Assembly: GCA_963741955.1 (NCBI GenBank) | Contig: CAVUKB010000007.1 | Coordinates: 352,001-416,000, forward strand | Source: an uncultured Acidobacteriota bacterium | GTDB taxonomy: Bacteria > Acidobacteriota > Thermoanaerobaculia > Gp7-AA8 | Direction of reading: 5' to 3' | Length of the DNA: 64,000 nt | Shown here: positions 56,403 to 64,000 of the stretch, piece by piece | Numbering within the stretch: position 1 is the first letter of the stretch | Layout: each line of letters starts with the position of its first letter | Made by a program: the position numbers and the translations under genes | Notes under the pieces: generated by a model | Told to the model about the DNA's origin: nothing | The model's input: the letters and a program-made list of their open reading frames with translations, nothing else | The model's database searches: none

Positions 56403-57833
56403 ATGTCGTCCCGACCTTTGAAACTCCGCTTCGCTCCTTCTCCCACCGGCTTCCTTCACGTCGGGGGTGCGCGCACCGCGATCTTCAATCTCCTTCACGC
56501 GCGCCGGCACGGCGGGAGTTTTCTCCTCCGGATCGAGGATACCGACGTCGAGCGTTCGCGCCAGCACCATGCGGAGCAGATCGTCAGCTCACTTCACTGG
56601 CTCGGTGTCGAGTGGGACGAGGGGCCGATCTACCAGAGCGACCGCATCGACCGCTACCGGATGCGCGCCGAGGAGCTGCTCGAGAAAGGGGCGGCGTATC
56701 GCTGCTACTGCACGGTGGAGGAGCTGGAAGCGGAGCGGCTGGAGGCGGAGAGCGCAGGTCACCAGTACCGTTACTCGGGGAAGTGCCGGGATCTCGCCGC
56801 GCACGGCATCAGCCGTTCCGGACCCTCGGTGATCCGGTTCCGGGTCTCGCCTGGTCCGATCGAATTTCGCGACCTGATCCGCGGCGACGTTCGTTTCGAG
56901 GCGGATCTGATCGACGACTTCGTCCTGATCCGGAGCGATGGAAACCCCACCTATCATCTCTCTGTGGTCGTCGACGACATCGACATGGAGGTCACGGTCG
57001 TCGCCCGTGGCGAGGATCACCTATCCAACACGCCGAAACACATCCTTCTGTTTCGGGCTTTCGAGGCCGACGTCCCCGATTTCGCGCATGTCCCGCTGAT
57101 CCTGGGGCCGGACAAGAAGCGGCTCTCAAAACGGACCGGGGCGACATCGGTGGAGGAATATCAGAAGCTCGGGATTCTTCCGGAGGCCCTTTTCAATTTT
57201 CTCCTCCTTCTCGGATGGGCGACCAGTGGGGACCGGGAGATCATCTCCCGTGACGAGGCAATCGATCTTTTCGATCTGACCGACGTCAACAAGTCGGCTG
57301 CGGTCTTCGACATGGACAAGCTGTACTGGATCAACGGTCAGTACATGCAGAAGATGACTCCGGAGCAGCTCGAGCCGCATCTCCGTCCTTTTCTTTCCAT
57401 CCCACTTCCCGAGGGGGACGATCTGATCCGCGTTCTGAAGCTGAATCAGACCAGAGCGCGATCGCTGGTCGATCTCGCAGAGCTGGTGGTGCCGTATTTC
57501 TACGACGCGGTCGCGATCGAATACGAGGCGGACGCGGTGAAGAAGCACGTGAAGGGAGAAGAGCTGAAGGCGCGGATGGAAGAGCTGCGGGACGCGTATG
57601 CGACGCTCGATCCGTTCGACGTCGAAACGACCGAGCGCGTGCTTCGCGGTCTCGCGGAGTCGAGCAACCTGGGAGCGGGGAAGTACATTCATCCTCTCCG
57701 GGTCGCCCTCACCGGGAAGATGGCATCGCCTCCGATCTTCGACGTCGCCGTCGCACTCGGACGGGAGAGAACTCTCGATCGGCTGAACCGATTCATCGGC
57801 GAGGTCGACTCGCTTCGCTCCAGCGGCGAGTAG
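56403..57833 (+). CDS. gltX: Glutamate--tRNA ligase
   Basis: RFAPSPTG.LHVGG, LRIEDTD, RGEDH, RLSKR and the anticodon domain PLRVALTG. Confidence 0.97.
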   Translation: MSSRPLKLRFAPSPTGFLHVGGARTAIFNLLHARRHGGSFLLRIEDTDVERSRQHHAEQIVSSLHWLGVEWDEGPIYQSDRIDRYRMRAEELLEKGAAYRCYCTVEELEAERLEAESAGHQYRYSGKCRDLAAHGISRSGPSVIRFRVSPGPIEFRDLIRGDVRFEADLIDDFVLIRSDGNPTYHLSVVVDDIDMEVTVVARGEDHLSNTPKHILLFRAFEADVPDFAHVPLILGPDKKRLSKRTGATSVEEYQKLGILPEALFNFLLLLGWATSGDREIISRDEAIDLFDLTDVNKSAAVFDMDKLYWINGQYMQKMTPEQLEPHLRPFLSIPLPEGDDLIRVLKLNQTRARSLVDLAELVVPYFYDAVAIEYEADAVKKHVKGEELKARMEELRDAYATLDPFDVETTERVLRGLAESSNLGAGKYIHPLRVALTGKMASPPIFDVAVALGRERTLDRLNRFIGEVDSLRSSGE

Positions 57834-57875
57834 TCCGGTACGCGCACGCCGCACGCCGATTTTTCGAGTGCGCGA

Positions 57876-57942
57876 TCGGGGTAGTTTCTGACCCCGAGCC
57901 GGGTCAGTTCCTGACATTCGGTGCAACTTCTGACCTGACCCC
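57876..57942. repeat. GGGTCAG/CTGACCC palindromic elements downstream of gltX
   Basis: TCGGGGT...ACCCCGA (57876-57897) and GGGTCAG...CTGACCC (57901-57941); four CTGAC units. Confidence 0.45.
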
Positions 57943-58001
57943 ACCTTCTCCCCGACTTCTCAACTTCCTCACATCCCTCGGCTTACCGGAAATGCACATC
58001 G

Positions 58002-58016
58002 TGGCGTAATCCTTGC
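58002..58016 (+). promoter_or_regulatory. Sigma54 (-24/-12) promoter candidate
   Basis: TGGCGT-AATCC-TTGC versus consensus TGGCAC-N5-TTGC, about 80 nt upstream of 58095. Confidence 0.55.
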
Positions 58017-58094
58017 CCTCGGATCCACTTAGAGTGGAATCGCTCTACATTCCGTAGAACACCAACAACGAACGCTTCGACAAGGAGAGCGCAC

Positions 58095-60056
58095 ATGGGC
58101 ATGAGACGCCTTGCGGGACTCACCGCGGTCGCGGTCTGTCTGTTTTTCCTCACCGCAGCAGCATTCGCGCAACAGCTCGAGATCCGTTACATCAACGTCG
58201 GCTGGGGAGACTCGGTCTTCGTGAAGGGACCTGACGGCACCACCGTCCTCCTCGAGGCGGGGAACACGGGAATGGGTAGCGGGCGGGTCGTTCCGTATCT
58301 CGAGTCGGCCGGGATCATGCCGTCGGGCGGACTCGATTACACCATCGCAGGGCATCAGCACTGCGATCACATCGGAGGTCTCGACGAAGTGGTGCAGGCC
58401 GGCTACGACGTCCGCCGGAGAAACTACTACAACGGATCGAGCTACTCCTCGAGCTGCGCAACCGAATGGGACGCGGCTGCCGCCACCACCACGGCAGGAC
58501 CGCTGGTGGTGATGAATCCGGGCGATCAGATTCCACTCGGAAGCGGTGCACTCCTCACCTGCGTCGTCTCGAACGGGCGGGTGATCGGTGGCGGAACGGT
58601 CCCGGTGTCGAATGAGAACGACCGCTCGATCGGAGTTCTCATCCAGTACGGGGGGTTCGACTTTCTCTGGGCATCCGACCTCGGCGGCGGGAGTGATGAC
58701 GGGAGCTGCACCGGCAGGTCGACCTCTCAGGTGAACGTCGAGAGCAGTGTGATTCGGGCGATTTCTCCCGGCGGTGCTCATCCGATGATCTCGACGGGGG
58801 GAATCGACGTACTTCACGTCAACCACCACGGGAGCGAGAGCTCGACCAACGACGACTGGATGAATCTGTCCGCACCGGACGTGGCGATCATCGCGACCGG
58901 AGATGGACAGTCCGGCGGGTGGGACCTTCCGCGAATCGACGTGGTGGACCATGTGCTGCTGGCGGAAGCGTCGTGCATCAGCGCACCTCCGGCGCTCGTA
59001 CTGCAGACGGAGGAGGGAAACCCTGCCGGCAGTCTGACCAGCTACAGCGGTTACTGCGTCGGTGACGTGACCATCACCACGGACGGGATGAACCTCTACA
59101 CCATCAACGCGGATGGAAACGTCTCGGAAGGACCGGACGAGCTCTCCGCCGCAAACCTCCCGCGCAGCTTCACCATCGACGATGCACCGGGTGGTGGCGA
59201 CACGCAGGCGCCGGTCACGTCGATCACCTATCCTGCAGATGGATCGACGGTGGGCGGAACGGTCACCGTGACCGCTACTGCGACCGATGACGTCGGCGTG
59301 ACCGGAGTGGAGTTCTATCTCGACGGCGTCCTTCAGGCCACCGACACGGTGGCGCCGTACAGCTGGAGCTGGGACACGACCGGGGCGGACGGAGCACACT
59401 CGCTCCAGACGCGTGCGTATGACGCGGCGGCGAATGTCGGAAGCTCCGCGATCGTCACCGTGACGGTGAACAACGGAGGAGGCGACACACAGCCGCCGGT
59501 CACGTCGATCACCTCTCCCGCAGATGGATCGACGGTAGGCGGAACGGTCACCGTGACCGCAGCCGCGACCGATGACGTTGGTGTGACCGGGGTGGAGTTC
59601 TACCTCGACGGCGCCCTTCAGGCGACCGACACCACCGCTCCGTACGGCTGGAGCTGGGACACGGCGATGGTCGCAGACGGCAGCCATGTGCTGCAGTCCC
59701 GAGCGACCGACGCGGCGGGGAACAGCGGCAGCTCGCCGCTGGTCACCGTGACGGTGAGCAATGCGACCGCGGACACTCAGGCGCCGACTGCGCCCTCGTC
59801 GTTGTCGGCGAATGCGCGGGGAAAGGGAAAGATCGGACTCTCGTGGGGTGCGTCGACTGACGACGTCGGCGTCGCGGGTTATGAGATCTGGCGCTCGGCT
59901 GGCGGCGGCTGGAGCCGGATCGACATCTCGACCAATACCGGTTACAACGACACGAATGTCGCGGGGAAGCAGACCTACAGCTATTACGTCGTGGCATTCG
60001 ACGCAGCCGGCAATCGTTCGGCGGCTTCGAATACCGCATCTGCCACGGCCCGTTGA
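58095..60056 (+). CDS. Secreted ComEC/Rec2-type metallo-beta-lactamase-fold hydrolase with two bacterial Ig domains and an FN3 domain
   Basis: Signal peptide, INVGWGDS, HQHCDH (HxHxDH), NENDRS, SDL and NHHGS; two DTQ.P...GVTGVEFYLDG repeats; FN3 DTQAPTAP...GYEIWR. Confidence 0.85.
   Translation: MGMRRLAGLTAVAVCLFFLTAAAFAQQLEIRYINVGWGDSVFVKGPDGTTVLLEAGNTGMGSGRVVPYLESAGIMPSGGLDYTIAGHQHCDHIGGLDEVVQAGYDVRRRNYYNGSSYSSSCATEWDAAAATTTAGPLVVMNPGDQIPLGSGALLTCVVSNGRVIGGGTVPVSNENDRSIGVLIQYGGFDFLWASDLGGGSDDGSCTGRSTSQVNVESSVIRAISPGGAHPMISTGGIDVLHVNHHGSESSTNDDWMNLSAPDVAIIATGDGQSGGWDLPRIDVVDHVLLAEASCISAPPALVLQTEEGNPAGSLTSYSGYCVGDVTITTDGMNLYTINADGNVSEGPDELSAANLPRSFTIDDAPGGGDTQAPVTSITYPADGSTVGGTVTVTATATDDVGVTGVEFYLDGVLQATDTVAPYSWSWDTTGADGAHSLQTRAYDAAANVGSSAIVTVTVNNGGGDTQPPVTSITSPADGSTVGGTVTVTAAATDDVGVTGVEFYLDGALQATDTTAPYGWSWDTAMVADGSHVLQSRATDAAGNSGSSPLVTVTVSNATADTQAPTAPSSLSANARGKGKIGLSWGASTDDVGVAGYEIWRSAGGGWSRIDISTNTGYNDTNVAGKQTYSYYVVAFDAAGNRSAASNTASATAR
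59196..59765 (+). repeat. Tandem intragenic duplication of an Ig-like domain (period 285 bp)
   Basis: Near-identical GGCGACAC.CAG.CGCCGGTCACGTCGATCACC at 59196 and 59481. Confidence 0.85.
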
Positions 60057-60075
60057 GCGGAATCAGCCTGATCTC

Positions 60076-60101
60076 GAAGGGGCGGCACCGGCCGCCCCTT
60101 C
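60076..60101 (+). terminator. 11-bp GC hairpin after the MBL gene
   Basis: GAAGGGGCGGC-ACCG-GCCGCCCCTTC; no U-tract. Confidence 0.45.
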
Positions 60102-60197
60102 CGCTCCCGTGGCACGCTCCCGAGCGCCGTCGAGCTGATCCGGATTAGAATAATCATTCCAGCTCCGCAGTACGTGGTCCGGGAGAGGTAGAGGCGA

Positions 60198-60653
60198 ATG
60201 AAAATCGTGAAAGTCGTACTGGCGCTCGTGGTGGTCTTCGTTCTGATTCAGTTCATTCGTCCCGTCCGCTCGAATCCCCCGGTCGACCAGGTGAAGAGCC
60301 ATCCTGCGAAGTTGCAGGTGCCCGCCCCCGTCGCTTCGATTCTCGCGCGCTCGTGCAACGACTGCCACTCGAGCCTCACGCACTGGCCCTGGTACAGCCG
60401 GGTGGCTCCCGTTTCGTGGCTCGTCGCACACGACGTGAGCGAAGGGAGGGGGGAGCTCTCCTTTTCGGAGTGGGGTGGTTACCCGGATCAGAAGCTCGCG
60501 AAGAAGCTCGATGCGATCTGCCGCGAGGTCAGAAGCGGCGACATGCCTCCGGCGACGTATCTCCCCATGCATCGTTCCGCTCGGTTGAGCGAAACGGATC
60601 GGACCATTCTCTGCGACTGGGCGAAAAGCGAGGCTGCGCATCTGAGGAAGTGA
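60198..60653 (+). CDS. Haem-binding domain c-type cytochrome
   Basis: N-terminal anchor ..IQFIR, SCNDCHS (CxxCH), WPWYS.VAP.SW and MPP..Y..MH. Confidence 0.9.
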   Translation: MKIVKVVLALVVVFVLIQFIRPVRSNPPVDQVKSHPAKLQVPAPVASILARSCNDCHSSLTHWPWYSRVAPVSWLVAHDVSEGRGELSFSEWGGYPDQKLAKKLDAICREVRSGDMPPATYLPMHRSARLSETDRTILCDWAKSEAAHLRK

Positions 60654-60721
60654 ACCGGTGAGCGATTGCGAGCGCGGCTCGCGGATCGCCGCGAACGTGA
60701 ACCCAGACTCCTGACTCTTCT

Positions 60722-62788
60722 TCAGCGGACCAGACCCCGCGGACCGAACGGCCGGAACTTCATCTCCACGTACGAGACTTCGTCGGTCTTCCGGTTCATC
60801 ACCGTCATTGACGCTCCGTGCTCGTCGATGATCCGTTGATCGATGGAAAAACCGAGTCCGGATCTTCCATCGAGATGGAGAAGGTTCGGGTCGAGGGACC
60901 AGCGAAGCTCGCGATCGGTGAAGATCAAGGCGTTCGTACTGACGGTGACGCTGGTCCATTCTTCCTTTCGCCATTCGACGGGCGCGATGACGATGTCGAC
61001 TCGCGCTCCTTCGTTCGTCCGCTCGATGAACATCTCCAGAATGTGCTTGAAGAGCCGGTGGAGGCGGAGGCGGTTCATCATCACTGCGGGATTTCCGCGG
61101 ACGATCCTGAGGCGAAGATCGATGTCGCGAATCCGGGCCGCTCCCGCCAGCTCCCGCATCGCACCTTCCACCACCATCCGGATCTCTCCCGCGCCGGGGT
61201 CGAGCTCGAAAGGACGGGCATACTCTTCGAGCTCTCGAAACAGCGTGGACATGCTGTGCACTGCAGAGCGGGCCTGACGGACTTCGGAAGGGGAGAGCTC
61301 GACCGTCTGCAGTCGTTTGCTCAGCAGATCGCCGATCAGGTTCATCGGCTCGGCGGACTCTCGCGAGAGTCCGCGGATGAGTTGAGTCACGGCGTCGAGA
61401 ACGTCCGCTTCGCGGCGGACCTGCTCGCGCTGCTCTTCGTCCGTTATGTCGCGGGCGATCAATACGATTCGTTCATCCGAGACGAAATGGCTCCCGAAGG
61501 TTCTTGCAGCGATCTGCCAGCTCGTCCCGCGGAGCGGATCACGGCAGACGGCACTCGTTCCCAGATGAGTCTCTGTGATCACGGCCGCGAGCTGGCGCAT
61601 GGTCGACCACGGCTCGCCGTGAGATGCGGAGGGCAGCTGACTCCCGGTCGCTTCTTCGAACGAGATCCCGAGTGCGCGTCGCGCGAGCTCGTTCAGCCGG
61701 AGAATCGTGGTGTTCGTGTCGATCACCACCACCATCGCTTCGAGTGTATCGCACACCATCCGCCATTCCGCCGCAGAGAGCTCGACCAGTGCTTCGAGTC
61801 CCGCACGCTCACGCTCGTCCGGATCGCTCTCCGGATTTTCGTGGATCGTGCCGATGATCTGCAGAGGTGTCGCGCCCGCACCGAAGACTCCTCGAACCGA
61901 GCTCCGAACCTCCAGAACCCTTCCCGACTCGGTGAGCACCCGATGGTCGAGCAGCCACTCGCCCGGCTCGACGAACGCCCGTTCGATCATCCGCACGAAC
62001 GCATTGCGATCTTCGGTATGCACGTGCGCAAGAAACGCCCCGTAGTCGGTGAGCGTCTGCTGCGGATCTGCATCGAGGATCCGGAAGATGGCATCCGACC
62101 ATTGCCAGACGCGATTGCCCCGACTCCAGGCCCAGCTTCCGATCCGTCCGGGCTGCGCCCGACGCTCGATCCGCGCGCGGCTCTCTGCCAGCTCGATCTG
62201 AGTCCGCTTGTTCTCGATCGCCGCGGCGAGGACGTTCGCGATCGACTTCATGAACTCGATCTCGTACGACTTGAAATGGCGCTCACTCCGGCTGTAGGCA
62301 CCGAGGATTCCGAGAGGTCCGGTACGTCCGGGGAGGACCACACTCATCCCGCTGACCACTCCGGCGGGGCCGAGGATCGGCTCTCCGCTGAACCGCGTCT
62401 CCTCGGACAGACGGTCGAATACGACCGGCTCGCTCGACTCGAACGTGAAGATCGCCTCGGAGTCGACTTCCGACTCCGATTCATGATGAGGGTAGCCGAT
62501 GATCGTTCGGGTCCCGAGGCGCTGACGATCGGGCAACCACTCGAGCATCCGGCAGATGTCGACTGCGAGCGTGTCGGCGGCGAGTGCGCACGCCTGCCCG
62601 ATCAGCAGTGAGACGTCGACGCGAGTGAGTGCTGCCTGGCCGAGCTCCGCGACCGCGGTCTGCTGCCGAGTTCGTGCGTCGAGCTCGGACTGCAGCTGCT
62701 GAAAGCGATCAGTGGTGACCACGTTCGAGCCCGCCCCCGCCCCCACTCCCATCTCCGGCGAAGCGAAACGCGCATTCGAAATATCCAT
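60722..62788 (-). CDS. GAF-PAS-PAS protein with a degenerate histidine-kinase core
   Basis: GAF (G.LGILGAYS...F...EIEFMKSIAN), PAS_3 (VH.EDR), a second PAS, H-box position GLSRESAEPM lacking His, and remnant G2 GRSGLGFSI..RIIDEHG. Confidence 0.8.
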   Translation of the reverse strand: MDISNARFASPEMGVGAGAGSNVVTTDRFQQLQSELDARTRQQTAVAELGQAALTRVDVSLLIGQACALAADTLAVDICRMLEWLPDRQRLGTRTIIGYPHHESESEVDSEAIFTFESSEPVVFDRLSEETRFSGEPILGPAGVVSGMSVVLPGRTGPLGILGAYSRSERHFKSYEIEFMKSIANVLAAAIENKRTQIELAESRARIERRAQPGRIGSWAWSRGNRVWQWSDAIFRILDADPQQTLTDYGAFLAHVHTEDRNAFVRMIERAFVEPGEWLLDHRVLTESGRVLEVRSSVRGVFGAGATPLQIIGTIHENPESDPDERERAGLEALVELSAAEWRMVCDTLEAMVVVIDTNTTILRLNELARRALGISFEEATGSQLPSASHGEPWSTMRQLAAVITETHLGTSAVCRDPLRGTSWQIAARTFGSHFVSDERIVLIARDITDEEQREQVRREADVLDAVTQLIRGLSRESAEPMNLIGDLLSKRLQTVELSPSEVRQARSAVHSMSTLFRELEEYARPFELDPGAGEIRMVVEGAMRELAGAARIRDIDLRLRIVRGNPAVMMNRLRLHRLFKHILEMFIERTNEGARVDIVIAPVEWRKEEWTSVTVSTNALIFTDRELRWSLDPNLLHLDGRSGLGFSIDQRIIDEHGASMTVMNRKTDEVSYVEMKFRPFGPRGLVR

Positions 62789-62913
62789 GGCCAACTCCTC
62801 GTACTTCGGACCAGAACCGCTCCGGGTAATTTCACAGGCTAGCACTTAACAGCCGCATCCGTAGTCGCGACTGACGAATTTTTGACGTCCTCAGCAGTTT
62901 CCTGGGAGTCGCG

Positions 62914-63345
62914 TCAGGCGGCCCGCTTCGGGCGCTTCCTCGAGAGCTGGTGAACCGCATAGGCGGCGAGAAACGCGCCCCCCGTGATCCAGTGAAGCAC
63001 TGCCATCGAGCTCCGCAGCCATTCTGCTGTGCCGACCTGGAGAAGGTATCCGGAGAGCACCATCGGGGCGATCGACCAGAACGCCGCGAGCCCGCTCCGT
63101 CTCCTCTGTTTCAGGGGCAGCTGCCTCTTGAAAAGGATGTGATCGTGGAGGATCACTCCGAGCCCGAAGAGGAGAAGCGGTGCGAAAACCACATGGACGT
63201 CGAGCATGTACGGCTGTGCGGGATGGTTGGCCACCGCGAACGGATCGTCGGTCTTCATGAAGTACTTCATCCACGCGAACACGACCCCGGTCGCCGCGGT
63301 AACCGCGAACGTGAAGTGGAGATACCACGCCTCCAGCCGGGTCAT
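62914..63345 (-). CDS. Four-TM His-containing membrane protein (cytochrome b/DUF4405-like)
   Basis: Hydrophobic helices with His residues (WYLH, DVHV, VLHW); ATGA overlap with the FMN-binding gene. Confidence 0.65.
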   Translation of the reverse strand: MTRLEAWYLHFTFAVTAATGVVFAWMKYFMKTDDPFAVANHPAQPYMLDVHVVFAPLLLFGLGVILHDHILFKRQLPLKQRRRSGLAAFWSIAPMVLSGYLLQVGTAEWLRSSMAVLHWITGGAFLAAYAVHQLSRKRPKRAA

Positions 63346-63899
63346 CGGGCTCCCTGCGACGCGGGTCGGTTTCCTTCGATGGCATGGTGAATCGCCAGGA
63401 TCTTCCGGGAGGCCCGAACGATCGCGCGACCGCTGAGACTTGCGCCGCTGATCGGCCGGATCGCCCTGTCGAGCGCAAGCTCGTCGTCGAGCGAGTGCCC
63501 GTCGAGCTGCTCGAGCCATCTCTCTTTCGGCAGATAATCCATCGGCTCGTTGAACGAGAGAATGTCCACGCGAGAGATCTTCCCGTCGGGCGTGACGAGC
63601 ACCATGATCGTCTCCGGAAGAGTCCTCACCCGGTGGGCGTCGAAATAGGCCCAGCCGATCACCTTTCCGTCCTTCACTCCGGCATAGCGAATCACGAGTT
63701 TGTCCTCGAAGTCGGAACCGCTCAGCCGCCGGGCAGTCTGGAGCTGTGCATCGGTGAGGAAGACCGTCTCACGACGGACGGTCGTACCGGGTGCGAACGC
63801 GGTGGAGAGTGCGTGCTGTTGATCCATGAAGACCCGCCCGTGAGCGACGGGCGGGGTCATCATGGCCAATACGAACGTGATTGAGATCAGGTATTTCAT
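63342..63899 (-). CDS. Exported FMN-binding (flavinylation-site) protein
   Basis: Signal peptide, VRTLPET.MV.V, ILSF.EP..Y, WL.Q..G and ISGASLS (S/T-G-A-S/T motif). Confidence 0.85.
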   Translation of the reverse strand: MKYLISITFVLAMMTPPVAHGRVFMDQQHALSTAFAPGTTVRRETVFLTDAQLQTARRLSGSDFEDKLVIRYAGVKDGKVIGWAYFDAHRVRTLPETIMVLVTPDGKISRVDILSFNEPMDYLPKERWLEQLDGHSLDDELALDRAIRPISGASLSGRAIVRASRKILAIHHAIEGNRPASQGAR

Positions 63900-63916
63900 T
63901 TCGACTCTCTCCGGAA

Positions 63917-64000
63917 TCAGAAGATGTATCCGAGGGCGATGTTGAACTGATCGACGCCGCTGTTCTCCGCGTCGTCGCGGTTCTGGTAATCGACCTTGAT
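63917..64000 (-). CDS. C-terminus of an outer-membrane beta-barrel (porin-like) protein, partial
   Basis: IKVDYQNRDDAENSGVDQFNIALGYIF* ends in a beta-signal (G-Y-x-F); runs off the window edge. Confidence 0.7.
   Translation of the reverse strand: MKVDYQNRDDAENSGVDQFNIALGYIF

Noticed and set aside
57834-58094. tRNA gene next to gltX
   Set aside because: No cloverleaf, T-loop GTTCRA in context, or CCA end found.

Overview
GC-rich (roughly 65% by eye), gene-dense bacterial chromosomal window. The gene repertoire (three Hanks-type kinases, S9 and DmpA peptidases, large NAD-glutamate dehydrogenase, BNR propeller protein, GGAG-type REP-like palindromes) suggests Acidobacteriota, possibly Thermoanaerobaculia; this is inference. 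There are about 48 credible CDS and no rRNA, tRNA or CRISPR array. Housekeeping and nitrogen genes include gdhB, proC, amtB-glnK, gltX and recD2. Cell-envelope genes include an LtaS-like protein, mpaA, a Glu racemase-like protein, a D-Ala-D-Ala dipeptidase and OmpA. One complete 1920-bp IS1634-family element (37103-39022, 16-bp TIRs, 6-bp TSD CCTAGA) splits a hydrolase-TPR gene. Best leads: (1) a minor-pilin triad followed by a secreted beta-propeller ending in RRRGVRH, then a PilZ protein; (2) three tiny hydrophilic ORFs driven from back-to-back sigma54-like promoters; (3) a multibranch, plus-strand-favoured structured RNA candidate at 51.86-52.02 kb; (4) a signal-peptide-less family-5 solute-binding protein divergent from mpaA-racemase; (5) a glycosidase-like/GT4/acyltransferase operon; (6) a His-less pseudo histidine kinase; (7) a dispersed REP-like family; (8) a porin/FMN-binding/membrane-protein locus cut by the right edge. 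All family calls come from motif recognition, not database searches.
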